From an uncultured delta proteobacterium (GTDB lineage Bacteria > Myxococcota > Myxococcia > Myxococcales > Myxococcaceae), in assembly GCA_963713045.1 (NCBI GenBank), contig CAVQKE010000003.1, forward strand, positions 192,001 through 256,000: a DNA stretch of 64,000 nucleotides. The letters run 5' to 3'. The notes beneath the pieces are model-generated. The model was given only the letters and a program-made list of their open reading frames with translations, had not been told where the DNA came from and searched no databases. This document shows positions 1 through 8,898 of the stretch, in pieces; the stretch's first letter is position 1, and each line of letters opens with the position of its first letter. The position numbers were made by a program, and so were the translations under genes.

Positions 1-22
1 GCGGGACGGGGCGGAATGGGTT

Positions 23-105
23 GGACTCAAATGCGCGAAACGACGAGGGCGAGCCCGCTAAGCACGCGCTTTGCCTACTCTCTCGGCTAATTTCGAATCC
101 TAGTT
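23..105. repeat. Degenerate ~83-bp repeat, copy A1 (partner at 3072-3153)
   Basis: Aligns by eye with 3072-3153; both end in the exact 20-mer GCTAATTTCGAATCCTAGTT (86-105 and 3134-3153). Confidence 0.8.
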
Positions 106-166
106 CCCCAGTTTTCTGAATCGCTTGAATCCGGGTAGTGGACCCTCGATTTAGCCGGGCCAAGCC

Positions 167-203
167 GGCCCAGGAGGATTCGAACTTCCGACCTTCGGAT
201 TCG
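167..203 (-). other. tRNA-Arg(NCG)-like 3' half fragment (att-like remnant)
   Basis: Reverse complement CGAA-TCCGA-AGGTC-GGAAG-TTCGAAT-CCTCC-TGGGCC = end of anticodon loop, anticodon stem, variable loop, T-arm and acceptor strand; no 5' half. Confidence 0.7.
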
Positions 204-208
204 CCGCG

Positions 209-964
209 CTAGTTGGGGTGATGCTCTTCTGCTGGCGTGCCGTCGGACCACTTCGGGACCGGGACAAAAAAGAGCGTCCACGGCATTCTACCTCCGCCAG
301 GTAGATCTTCGCCTCCTCCGAAGACCGCGGACCCTTCGGGCAAATTCGCCCCCCACACCGAGCCGTTCATCTCGCCTGGCATGTAGAACATCAAATGCGG
401 ATGCCAGTGGGTATCGGCATCGGTAAGGTACTGGCGCTTCGACATCATGTACGACATCGAGCCCACTTCCGGCGCACCAAACTCCTTCCTCGCAATCGAC
501 GCTTTCATGCGAGCCAGGATCGCTTCCTTCGACAGCCCGGCGAGCGCGAGCTCCGTCAACCTGAACTCGACCGGCAGCGCGGAGCGCACGGCCGGGGCAT
601 TCAGACACACAGGCCCGCGAATCTTTGGGTTCCAGTATCCGGGATCATCGAAGCCACTCGTCCAAGACCGGTCGACAAGGCAGACGAATCCATTCTTGCC
701 CGCAACGGCCGTCTGGTACCCTTGGCGCGTGAGCACCATGACGGTTGCATCGGCTGATATCGTCGGCGGCGCGGCGCTCCGAGCAAGCGCGATCTCCGCG
801 TCCCGGTCGGCGATGAGGTACTCCTCGAGCGGCGCCATTACCGGGTAAGCGACGCCCTTAGGCCGCGGCTCCGCGCCTGGCGTCTGGGCGTAGCTGACCG
901 GCAGCGATGCGCCGACCGCAAATATCAGGATTGAGGCCATCAACAGCGGGCGCCACTTCGCCAC
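209..964 (-). CDS. Secreted conserved hypothetical protein
   Basis: 251-aa ORF with N-terminal signal peptide, GGGAGG RBS, and FVCLV / PVCLN / HWHPHLMFY motifs. Confidence 0.8.
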   Translation of the reverse strand: MAKWRPLLMASILIFAVGASLPVSYAQTPGAEPRPKGVAYPVMAPLEEYLIADRDAEIALARSAAPPTISADATVMVLTRQGYQTAVAGKNGFVCLVDRSWTSGFDDPGYWNPKIRGPVCLNAPAVRSALPVEFRLTELALAGLSKEAILARMKASIARKEFGAPEVGSMSYMMSKRQYLTDADTHWHPHLMFYMPGEMNGSVWGANLPEGSAVFGGGEDLPGGGRMPWTLFFVPVPKWSDGTPAEEHHPN

Positions 965-1061
965 GGCTTCCTCCCTTGTGATCCGTTACTCATTTCTACA
1001 CGGATTGATGTTCTTGGAACGGCCATCGGCGAGGAGTTGGCTCGCTGATGCCGTGGCACAT

Positions 1062-1110
1062 CCCGCTTAGTCGCCGTGTCGGCGCAACCCTTTTGTGACG
1101 AAGTTTGTTT
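1062..1110. repeat. Intergenic repeat B copy 1 (core GTGACGAAGTTTGT)
   Basis: Core at 1095-1108 is identical to 3011-3024 and differs by one base from 2226-2239. Confidence 0.65.
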
Positions 1111-1192
1111 GGCAAGTCCAGCGTATGGCTCCTCTTCCGGAGAAGGAGACTCCGTTCAACGGTGAGAGCGTCGGCTCGCAAAACCGAGCGCC

Positions 1193-1837
1193 TCAAAGCT
1201 TGAGGAGCCTAAAGGCGTGGGTCCACTGGTTTCGGAGGAGCCCGGGAGCACACCAGAGTTGGCATAGCGGTTCGATAGCGCGAGCCGACTCGACCATCCC
1301 CATGTCCTCGGGCGCCCAGCCGAAGCGTCTAAGAATCTCCGCCACCTCCGCCTTCGCCCGGCTGTCATTGCCGCAAATGAACATGCTCGGCGGACCTCCG
1401 GGGAAGCTGGGGTTCACCATGAAGGCGGAGCCGACCGAGTTCCAGGCTTTGACAAAACGGGTTTCGGGGAAAGCCGCCTGGGACCGCTCCATCAGTGAGT
1501 CGTTGGGGCCCGTGAAGTAGCGAAGGACCCCGTTTTGAGGCGGCTCGTCGCCAATCGGGTTGGTGGTGTCAATCACCACCTTGCCTGCCAAGTTGGCCGC
1601 GCCCGCCTGTCCAAGCGCTTCCAGGGCGGCTTTTCCGTGCACGGCCAGGACAAGAATGACGCCGAAAGCGGCTGTTTCGGCGAAGGTTCCCGTCTCGAGT
1701 CCCTCCCGGACAGCGAACTCCTTGAGTTTAGACGGGTCGCGGCTGCCCACCTTGACGTCGAAAGCGTGCCTTTTGAAGCCCGCAGAGAGGACCTGCGCGA
1801 CCTGACCAGAACCCAAGACTCCCACACGTTTATCCAT
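1193..1837 (-). CDS. NADPH-dependent F420 reductase-like dinucleotide-binding oxidoreductase
   Basis: Start MDKRVGVLGSGQVA (Rossmann GxG) after GGGGAGG; IDTTNP, VKAWNS and EDMG..ARAIEP motifs. Confidence 0.85.
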   Translation of the reverse strand: MDKRVGVLGSGQVAQVLSAGFKRHAFDVKVGSRDPSKLKEFAVREGLETGTFAETAAFGVILVLAVHGKAALEALGQAGAANLAGKVVIDTTNPIGDEPPQNGVLRYFTGPNDSLMERSQAAFPETRFVKAWNSVGSAFMVNPSFPGGPPSMFICGNDSRAKAEVAEILRRFGWAPEDMGMVESARAIEPLCQLWCAPGLLRNQWTHAFRLLKL

Positions 1838-2196
1838 GGTTGTTCCTCCCCGAGCTCCACGCCATGATTGCTTTGAGCACGCACCGAAGCGCAAGGTGAG
1901 GGAACGGGCTCGTTGAAGTAGCGCGGCGCGGTCGCGGAGCAAGCGGCGCTGCACGGCCTCGACCACCTTGGAGACCCGAGGACACAAGCCGTCGTGAAGG
2001 AGTGGATTGCGCGTCGTCCCACGCTGGACGGAGACCTTTTCCAGTTCGCAGAGTCCTGCATGGTGTTCAAGGCTCGAGCTTCATGACACCCGCTTAATGC
2101 TGCCTCAATGTCTTGGAGAAATGGTCCCTGACGCGGCGGACCCACCATCACGCGGAGCGCTCGTGGCGGGCTGGCAGAGGCGTGGCATCACTCTCA

Positions 2197-2243
2197 CCCG
2201 ATGAATCGCTAGTGCAGATGCTCTTGTGACGACGTTTGTGCGA
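2197..2243. repeat. Intergenic repeat B copy 2
   Basis: About 37/47 identical to 2982-3028 without gaps. Confidence 0.75.
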
Positions 2244-2257
2244 TTAACAGCGCGACC

Positions 2258-2890
2258 TCACGGGTGCAGTTTCTCGTGCCTCGACAGCATCGCTACGAAC
2301 TTCTCAATGCGCTGAGCTCGTGTCAGCACTTTCTTTGCCGTATGTATGCGGAACAGGATGGCGTAGCGGTTGTACGATTCCAACGTTGCGAAGAAGCGGG
2401 CCGCGCGGGGGTTGGCTGCTAAGGCCTTCGCCAGGTCTGCAGGCACTCTCGCCCGGCTCGGGGAGTCGTAGGCAGCACGCCAGCGCCCATCGCGCTTGGC
2501 GCGCTCGACCTCCGATAGTCCCGGCGGGTGCATGTCACCCGCCTCGATCAGCGCCACGACTTTCTCGCGATTGATCTTCGACCAGATGCTCTTCGGCCCG
2601 CGCGGTGTGAACCTCTGGAGCCACCAAGCTTCGTCTAGCTGACGCTTTTGCCCGTCAATCCAGCCCCACGAGAGCGCGACTTTGAGAGCCTCGGTGTAGG
2701 TGACTGATTCCGAGTTCGTTCCCTTCTTCGCGATCCTCAGCCAAATTCCGCGCGATGACGCGTGATTCGAGCCCAGCCACGCGGACCAATCGCGGGGAGT
2801 TGCGAACGACAGTGTCGGCAGTCCCCCGTCTCTCGCCCCAAACCGCACTGCTGTTAGGCTCCCACCACGCGCCTTCCTGGTCTTTTTCAT
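2258..2890 (-). CDS. YdeI/OmpD-associated family protein
   Basis: WGWIDG, FTPR..KSIWSKINR and C-terminal VPADL..ALAAN..FF..L motifs; start placed at MKKTRK. Confidence 0.88.
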   Translation of the reverse strand: MKKTRKARGGSLTAVRFGARDGGLPTLSFATPRDWSAWLGSNHASSRGIWLRIAKKGTNSESVTYTEALKVALSWGWIDGQKRQLDEAWWLQRFTPRGPKSIWSKINREKVVALIEAGDMHPPGLSEVERAKRDGRWRAAYDSPSRARVPADLAKALAANPRAARFFATLESYNRYAILFRIHTAKKVLTRAQRIEKFVAMLSRHEKLHP

Positions 2891-2981
2891 TCGATTCCCT
2901 GCGCCTCGCCCTGAGCGGGGAAGCTGACCAAGAGAGACCTCGCGGATGCTCTTCGAAGAAATCGCCGAAAGGCTAAGACCG

Positions 2982-3028
2982 CCCGGAGAGTCGCTCTTGC
3001 AGATCCTTTGGTGACGAAGTTTGTGCCA
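2982..3028. repeat. Intergenic repeat B copy 3
   Basis: CCCGGAGAGTCGCTCTTGCAGATCCTTTGGTGACGAAGTTTGTGCCA matches 2197-2243. Confidence 0.75.
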
Positions 3029-3071
3029 TCTGGCGATGCAAACGAGTGCATGGAACGCAGAGGAACGGGCC

Positions 3072-3153
3072 GGACTCGAATGTGCAAACAACCAGCTCGA
3101 TCGCACTCAGCACGCTATGTGCTTACCCCCTTCGCTAATTTCGAATCCTAGTT
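3072..3153. repeat. Degenerate repeat copy A2 (partner 23-105)
   Basis: Runs GGACTC...AGCACGC...GCTAATTTCGAATCCTAGTT, colinear with 23-105. Confidence 0.8.
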
Positions 3154-3229
3154 TCCAGAAATAACCCAGCCGGCCACGCCGCGCCCCCGGACTTCTTTGA
3201 GCGGATCCCGGCTCTGCGGAGGATTCGCC

Positions 3230-4045
3230 CTAGCGCGGAGCGAAGAGCGCGTTCAGGTCGCCGTAGTTGAGGGAGCGCTCCATCAGCGGCGCCGAGGCCC
3301 CGGTGCTCAGGAACTCGGTGGCGAGCGAGGCGATTCGGCCGTACACCACCTGGCAGATGGAAGACCCGGCGCTGAGGCGCCGGACGCCGAGACTGGCGAG
3401 TTCGTCGGCAGCCGGCAGCCCCGCCCAAGCCAGCACGTTGAGCGGGAGCCGCTGGCCGGTGGCGATGGCGCGAATGTCGGCTGCATCGCTAACCCCCGGA
3501 GCGAAGAGTCCGTCGGCGCCCGCCGCCCGGTACCGCTCGGCGCGGGCCAGCGTCTCCGAGACCCGGCGGGCGGCCGCCACCAGGGCGCGCAAATAGACGT
3601 CGGTACGCGCATTGACGAAAAGGTCAGTTCCGAGGCGGGCGGCGCTGCGCTTGGCGGCCTCGATTTTGGCGCAAAGCAGGTCCGGTGGCGCGGTCCCATC
3701 CTCGAGATTGATGCCCACCGCGCCCGCCTGAATCACCCGGGCGACAGCCTCTCCCACGACCTCCGGATCGCCCGAGTAGCCGCCCTCGATGTCCACCGAA
3801 AGCGGGACCCGCACCACGCGGGCGATGGCCGAGGCCGTCGCCGCCAGGAGAGCGACCGGGAGGCGATCCCCGTCCGGATACCCGTGGGACCAGGCCACCG
3901 CGGCGCTGCTGGTGGCAATTGCCCGGGCTCCCTGGCTCTCGATTAGCCGGGCACTGCCGGCATCCCAGGCATTCGGAAGCAGGAGCAAACCGGAGTCGTG
4001 GAGACGGCGAAAGAGGCGTGCAGCTTCGGTGGCAGATTTAGTCAT
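3230..4045 (-). CDS. Isocitrate lyase/PEP mutase family protein
   Basis: LPNAWDAGSA, ATSSAA, DIEGGY, GINLED, NARTD motifs; ATGA overlap with the alkA stop. Confidence 0.92.
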   Translation of the reverse strand: MTKSATEAARLFRRLHDSGLLLLPNAWDAGSARLIESQGARAIATSSAAVAWSHGYPDGDRLPVALLAATASAIARVVRVPLSVDIEGGYSGDPEVVGEAVARVIQAGAVGINLEDGTAPPDLLCAKIEAAKRSAARLGTDLFVNARTDVYLRALVAAARRVSETLARAERYRAAGADGLFAPGVSDAADIRAIATGQRLPLNVLAWAGLPAADELASLGVRRLSAGSSICQVVYGRIASLATEFLSTGASAPLMERSLNYGDLNALFAPR

Positions 4046-5550
4046 CGAACTTCCTTTGCAGTCCGGAGCTTCCCGGCATCGGTGGCCCACAGGTGCTGTG
4101 CCGCATACGCCCGCCACGGGCGCCACGGCTCTGCCCGACGGAGCAGGTCGGCCGGCGTCGCTGGAGCGTACGCGCCGGTGGACGCGCCGCGCAGCAACCC
4201 GAGGTCGGTGGCGGGAAAGGCGTCCGGCTCGCGCAGGGCCCGCAGGGCGATGTACTGGGCGGTCCATTCGCCCATACCGCGGATGGAACGCAGCCGGTGG
4301 ATCGCCTCCTCAACCGTCCCCAACGGCTGGAAGAGGTTCGGGTCAGCGATGGCTGCCTCGGCCAGCGCACGGACTGCCGCCCGCCGTGCCGCAGGCATTC
4401 CGAGCGTCCCCAGGTCCGCCGCGGCGACCTGCCGGGCGGTGGGGAAGGCGTGGGTGAGCGCGGAGGCCCGCACCTGATTCCCGGGCAGGCGCGGACCGCA
4501 CAACACCACCAGCCGCCCCGCTAGCCGGCGAGCCGCGACGAGCGAAATCTGCTGGCCGAGAATTGCCCGTACGGCCAGCTCGAATCCCTCCCAGCCGCCC
4601 GGTGCGCGAAGGCCGGGTCGGCGCGCGACGAGCGGGGCGAGGAAGGGATCCTGGGAGAGATGGGCACCGATGGTCTGGATGTCAGCCCCGACGTCGAACA
4701 GGCGCCGCACGGAATCGAGGATGGCGGGCAGGGCCCGAACGCTGGGAAAGCGGATGGTCGCGGCGAGCCCGTTGCGCGCCGGCTGATGCCGGACCTCGAC
4801 GGTGCCCAGCACGCCCGCGTTGGCCACCGTGCGCCGGTAGACGCCTTCCTCCACCTGCTCGACACCGGAGATGGCTCGGGCCTCGAGGTGGGCGAGCATC
4901 GCCGCCCAGTCGTAGGGCGGCCGGTAGCAGAGCCGGAGTGTCAAGCCGGCCTCCACCTCCGGCCGGAGGCCGCCGGCGGACCGCGGAGAGCGCCGCAACT
5001 CGGTGGGCGGGCGGCGGAAGAGCCGACGGAAGGTCTCGTTAAAGCGCCTGACGCTACTGAACCCGGCTGCTAACGCCACCTCGGTCATCGGCAACCGGGT
5101 GTCGTGCAAGAGCTGCTTGGCGAACAGCACCCGCCGGGTCTGGGCGACGGTGATGGGAGAGGCGCCGAGATGCTGCTCGAACAGACGGCGCAGTTGCCGG
5201 CCGCCGAGCCCTACCCGCTCGGCAAGCGCCTCGACGCCGGCCTCCCCTCCATCAAGGGCCCCGTCGGCAATCAACGCCAGGGCCCGCGAGACGCTGGTCG
5301 ACGAGCCGCGCCACGCGCCGACGTCGGGGGCGAGCTCGGGGCGGCAGCGCAGACAGGGACGGAACCCTGCCTCCTGTGCCGCAGCCGCCGAGGCGAAGAA
5401 GCGGCAGTTCTCCTCCCGCGCGGTGCGGGCGGGACAGATCGGCCGGCAGTAGATGCCGGTCGACGTCACCCCCACGAAGAGCCGGCCATCGAAGCGGGCA
5501 TCCCGCGTCTGCAGGGCCCGATGGCAGGCCTGGCGGTCGAGCAAATCCAT
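4042..5550 (-). CDS. alkA: Ada Zn-binding/AraC + AlkA DNA-3-methyladenine glycosylase fusion
   Basis: GIYCRPICP and GFRPCLRCRP (Ada Zn domain), AraC HTH, AILGQQ, GMGEWTA (HhH), DAFPATDLG, WRPWRAYA. Confidence 0.95.
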   Translation of the reverse strand: MDLLDRQACHRALQTRDARFDGRLFVGVTSTGIYCRPICPARTAREENCRFFASAAAAQEAGFRPCLRCRPELAPDVGAWRGSSTSVSRALALIADGALDGGEAGVEALAERVGLGGRQLRRLFEQHLGASPITVAQTRRVLFAKQLLHDTRLPMTEVALAAGFSSVRRFNETFRRLFRRPPTELRRSPRSAGGLRPEVEAGLTLRLCYRPPYDWAAMLAHLEARAISGVEQVEEGVYRRTVANAGVLGTVEVRHQPARNGLAATIRFPSVRALPAILDSVRRLFDVGADIQTIGAHLSQDPFLAPLVARRPGLRAPGGWEGFELAVRAILGQQISLVAARRLAGRLVVLCGPRLPGNQVRASALTHAFPTARQVAAADLGTLGMPAARRAAVRALAEAAIADPNLFQPLGTVEEAIHRLRSIRGMGEWTAQYIALRALREPDAFPATDLGLLRGASTGAYAPATPADLLRRAEPWRPWRAYAAQHLWATDAGKLRTAKEVR

Positions 5551-5819
5551 CGCGTGCAGACTCCCATACCGGACTGGGAGGCGCTCGCGGTTTTCGGACG
5601 TCGACAGCGGGCCCGCACCGCCGCTCGGCCGCCGGCTGTTCGCGGGCTTCGGCCACGTTCTGAAGGATCATGGCTCGGTCGCCTGGCAGCCGTTGGGGTA
5701 GGCGCGCGCTTGGGGTGGGACCAAGTGTTCCTCTCTAGACCTTCGCGGGGAACGTCGCTTGCGTCCTGCGTCTTGGCTGTCGAAAAGGTGGTCTCACTCG
5801 AAGACTCGGGAGGTCGGCC

Positions 5820-6515
5820 ATGGCCGTTCAACCATCGATTGTTCTGGTACACGGGTTCTGGGGAGGAGCCGCACACTGGGCGAAGGTCATCGTGCAGCTC
5901 TCCCGGCTGGGGTACACGTCAATCCACGCCGTCGAGAATCCGTTGACCTCGCTCGCCGACGATGCGGCCCGGACGCGGAAGATGGTCGCCCAGCGCAAAG
6001 GACCGGTGCTCCTCGTCGGTCATTCCTATGGCGGCGCGGTGATTACCGAAGCCGGCAACCAGCCAAACGTGGTGGGGCTCGTCTACATCGCCGCCTTCGC
6101 TCCGGAGGCGGGGGAGAGCCTGGCAGAAATCGGACAGGGGTTTCCGGCGCCGGGCGGGGCGAACGTGTCTGTGGACAGCGACGGGTACGCCTTCATCGAC
6201 CAAGCGAAGTTCCGCGAGAGCTTCTGTCAGGACCTTCCCGCCGACGAGGCGCTGGTGATGGCCGTCACCCAGAAGGCGCCGGTCGCGAGCACCTTCGGCG
6301 ACAAGCTCACCAGCCCGGCCTGGAAAAGCAAGCCGTCCTGGTACCAAGTCTCGAGCGAGGACCGGATGATTGCTCCCGACAACGAGCGTCGGATGGCAGG
6401 ACGCATCGGCGCCCGAAAGGTCATCACCCTCGCCACCGGCCACGCATCCCTGGCCTCGAAGCCGACTGAGGTCTGCGCCTTCATCGACGAGGCTGCGAGA
6501 GCCACCTCCGGCTGA
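5820..6515 (+). CDS. Alpha/beta hydrolase
   Basis: VLVHGFWG, GHSYGG nucleophile elbow, C-terminal GH; GGAGG RBS. Confidence 0.92.
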   Translation: MAVQPSIVLVHGFWGGAAHWAKVIVQLSRLGYTSIHAVENPLTSLADDAARTRKMVAQRKGPVLLVGHSYGGAVITEAGNQPNVVGLVYIAAFAPEAGESLAEIGQGFPAPGGANVSVDSDGYAFIDQAKFRESFCQDLPADEALVMAVTQKAPVASTFGDKLTSPAWKSKPSWYQVSSEDRMIAPDNERRMAGRIGARKVITLATGHASLASKPTEVCAFIDEAARATSG

Positions 6516-6649
6516 AGACTGGAAAAGCCCATCCAGCGACCGCGCAGAGAGGGCAGACCAGCTTTAATTGAATGCCGCTCGCGCAGTTCCTTCGTCGGCC
6601 GCTCTCCTCCGACTCTCGGGATTTTCTCCGTCCGACACCGGGCGGGCCA

Positions 6650-7141
6650 TCAAGCCGAGCGGAGCAAGTTCACTTTCGGGTGGATGAGGTAACTCAAGCT
6701 ACTGGTGAGGAGCGCGACGCCGACCGCGAGGTTGACCGTGCCTCGCCAGAACAGGGGCGTGCTGCCAAGGTTGAGCGCCAAGCTCACCGCCACCATGACG
6801 CTGATGACGATCCAGCTGCGCGCACCGTAGACGTGGATTGGCCGCAACTTCTCTGTAAAGAGGCCGAGCCTCTCGATGTTGCGGCTGGCAGTCTTGCTCA
6901 AGAGCCAACGACCCTTGGCAAAACCGACGCCGACCGACACTGCGACTCCCAACCCGAGCGAGACAGGCGGCGTTGCTGCCTGACCGGCCTGAAGAAGGCG
7001 GCGTGTCCCAAACACGCAGAGCACCACACCCCCGAGGAGCCACAAGGCAAAGGCCAACCAGGCGAGGTGCCTGGGCGAGAGACGCACTGGCAATGCGAGC
7101 AGGACCAGCGCGACAAACGGCATGATGGGAAGCGTGCGCAT
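6650..7141 (-). CDS. Membrane protein, about 4 TM helices
   Basis: Hydrophobic segments, GFAKG..L.KTA.RNIER pattern; codirectional with the upstream gene. Confidence 0.65.
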   Translation of the reverse strand: MRTLPIMPFVALVLLALPVRLSPRHLAWLAFALWLLGGVVLCVFGTRRLLQAGQAATPPVSLGLGVAVSVGVGFAKGRWLLSKTASRNIERLGLFTEKLRPIHVYGARSWIVISVMVAVSLALNLGSTPLFWRGTVNLAVGVALLTSSLSYLIHPKVNLLRSA

Positions 7142-7251
7142 TGGTAGTCACCGCCTGCTGCGACGACTCTCACCGGTGACGCTGACGCATCGGCGCCTGG
7201 ATGTCGAACGTCTTGTGTCGGCAGCGTAAGCAGTCCGCTTCGGCCCACCTC

Positions 7252-8538
7252 TCACCAGTCAAAGAAATACGAGAATGCCATCCCAACTCCGAAGTCGAAG
7301 GAATCGCCCCGACTGACCGTGTTGAGCGAGAGCTGATACCAGGCGGAGATGGAGAGGTCGTGGTCTCGCCCGATGAGCTTGCCGCCTTGAAAGCGCATGA
7401 CCGGGACGAAGATTTCGTGGATGAAGTCCCACCCGAGCTTGGTGTCAATGGCGATGAAGGTGGTTGACGGCAGATTGAAGACCAAAATCGGCCGCACCGC
7501 GAGCAGATTAACACCGGGGTAGCCGTCAAGTGGCCCGAAGGACTTCACCCAGCTGACCTCCGTCGTCAGCGACACCCAACTGGCGAGCCCGACGGCAATC
7601 GCGTAGACGGGTGAGATAAGCCATGGCGCTCCAACCGAGGACTCGGTGGCGCTGTTCCATTGCAGCGCGACCGCGGCGTACTGGCGGATGCCCCCGTGCG
7701 CATAAAACGCCCAGCCAAACGCGGTGTTGATGTCGGCCACGCCAGTGGCCGCAGGGACACCTGAGTACGGGAAGGCCGCCGCCACCGGAACCTTGAACTG
7801 GAGAGCGAACTCGCTGTTCGGTCCGAAGACAAACAGCGGAGTAAACGTAAGAATGTCAAAGTTGACCGGCTTATTCGCCAAACTCTGGAAGTAGTCGAAT
7901 GAGAGAGCGATTTGGTTTCGTGAGAAGGCGACAGTGTTGAGACCCTGAAGAATCGCTACCGTGTCCTGGATTCTCGCCTCGCTTGTCATTTCATCGACCG
8001 TGTCCACCAAGGTCGCTGCCTCAGTGGCAATGGCGGGGTTGGCTGACTTGCAGCTCGCGGAGAGCTCAGCTCGATTGGCATCGAGGCATGCGAGAAGCTC
8101 ACCGGCGCGTGTGGCGGCTGGGCAAAGCCTTGCCACGTCCGGTTGGCATTTGCTCTCCAGTTCCTTTACCTCTTGCCGAGCCGTTTCGAGCCTGTTCACC
8201 TGGGCGAGACACTGCGGAGACAAAGCATAGTCATTCCGCGACAGGCACTTGAGGAGTCGACCTTCGCCGTGCGGCACATTGCTGCAGACCCGTTCGGCGT
8301 CACTCCCACACGCGCCGAAAAATTCGGCAATGATGGTCTTCGCCGTCTTGGTGTCGTCTTCGAGCTTCGCCTGGCAGCCGGGCGAAACTTCTTTGGTATG
8401 TTGTTGAAGACATGCGTTGACGCGTCCACTCCCAGGTTTGACGTCCGCGCAGAAGCGCTTCACGTCTTCCGAACAGGGCTGCTGGGCATGGGCGACAGCG
8501 CCCAGCAAACAGATAAAAGAGATGGTTAGCCGATGCAT
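7252..8538 (-). CDS. Secreted protein: three Cys-rich (GLG1-like) repeats fused to a putative outer-membrane beta-barrel
   Basis: Signal peptide; three C..D..R.C.....G....CL......S..C repeats; amphipathic C-terminal strands ending FSYFFDW. Confidence 0.75.
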   Translation of the reverse strand: MHRLTISFICLLGAVAHAQQPCSEDVKRFCADVKPGSGRVNACLQQHTKEVSPGCQAKLEDDTKTAKTIIAEFFGACGSDAERVCSNVPHGEGRLLKCLSRNDYALSPQCLAQVNRLETARQEVKELESKCQPDVARLCPAATRAGELLACLDANRAELSASCKSANPAIATEAATLVDTVDEMTSEARIQDTVAILQGLNTVAFSRNQIALSFDYFQSLANKPVNFDILTFTPLFVFGPNSEFALQFKVPVAAAFPYSGVPAATGVADINTAFGWAFYAHGGIRQYAAVALQWNSATESSVGAPWLISPVYAIAVGLASWVSLTTEVSWVKSFGPLDGYPGVNLLAVRPILVFNLPSTTFIAIDTKLGWDFIHEIFVPVMRFQGGKLIGRDHDLSISAWYQLSLNTVSRGDSFDFGVGMAFSYFFDW

Positions 8539-8898
8539 GCCGGTCTCCCCTCAAACGCCATGTGGCGCCGGTCACTCCCACGCCCTCTTGGAAGTCCCGA
8601 CTCCCCCACCCTCTACAGCCCTGACTTCCGGAGCGCACTCGGCCTGACATTCCGGACGTCGCTCCTTGACTTGGCTCGCCGGAAGCAGCGGATTCCGCAC
8701 TGCGCCCAACCAACCCGCCGCCGCTCGGCTCAGCGAGTTGCTCGGGAGCATGCCGGCGAGAATCGAGAAACGGCAAGCGTCTTCGACGGGACGCGACAGG
8801 AAGCGGCGCTCGGGGCCGGTCGGTGGTTCCGCGCGAACGGCTGTGCAGCGTCTCCCGCAGTAGGTGGCTGAGCCTTTCTGCGTGGCACTTGCCGCGGT

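Noticed and set aside
1062..3028. CRISPR array or integron attC sites
   Set aside because: Repeats are about 1 kb apart and degenerate, and lack attC inverted core sites.
2887..3087. Integrase remnant suggested by HSFAS in a 66-aa ORF
   Set aside because: No other catalytic residues, and the ORF overlaps non-coding repeats.
8539..8898. Mg2+ riboswitch or MgtL leader upstream of mgtA
   Set aside because: No recognisable M-box or convincing leader peptide by eye; needs an Rfam scan.
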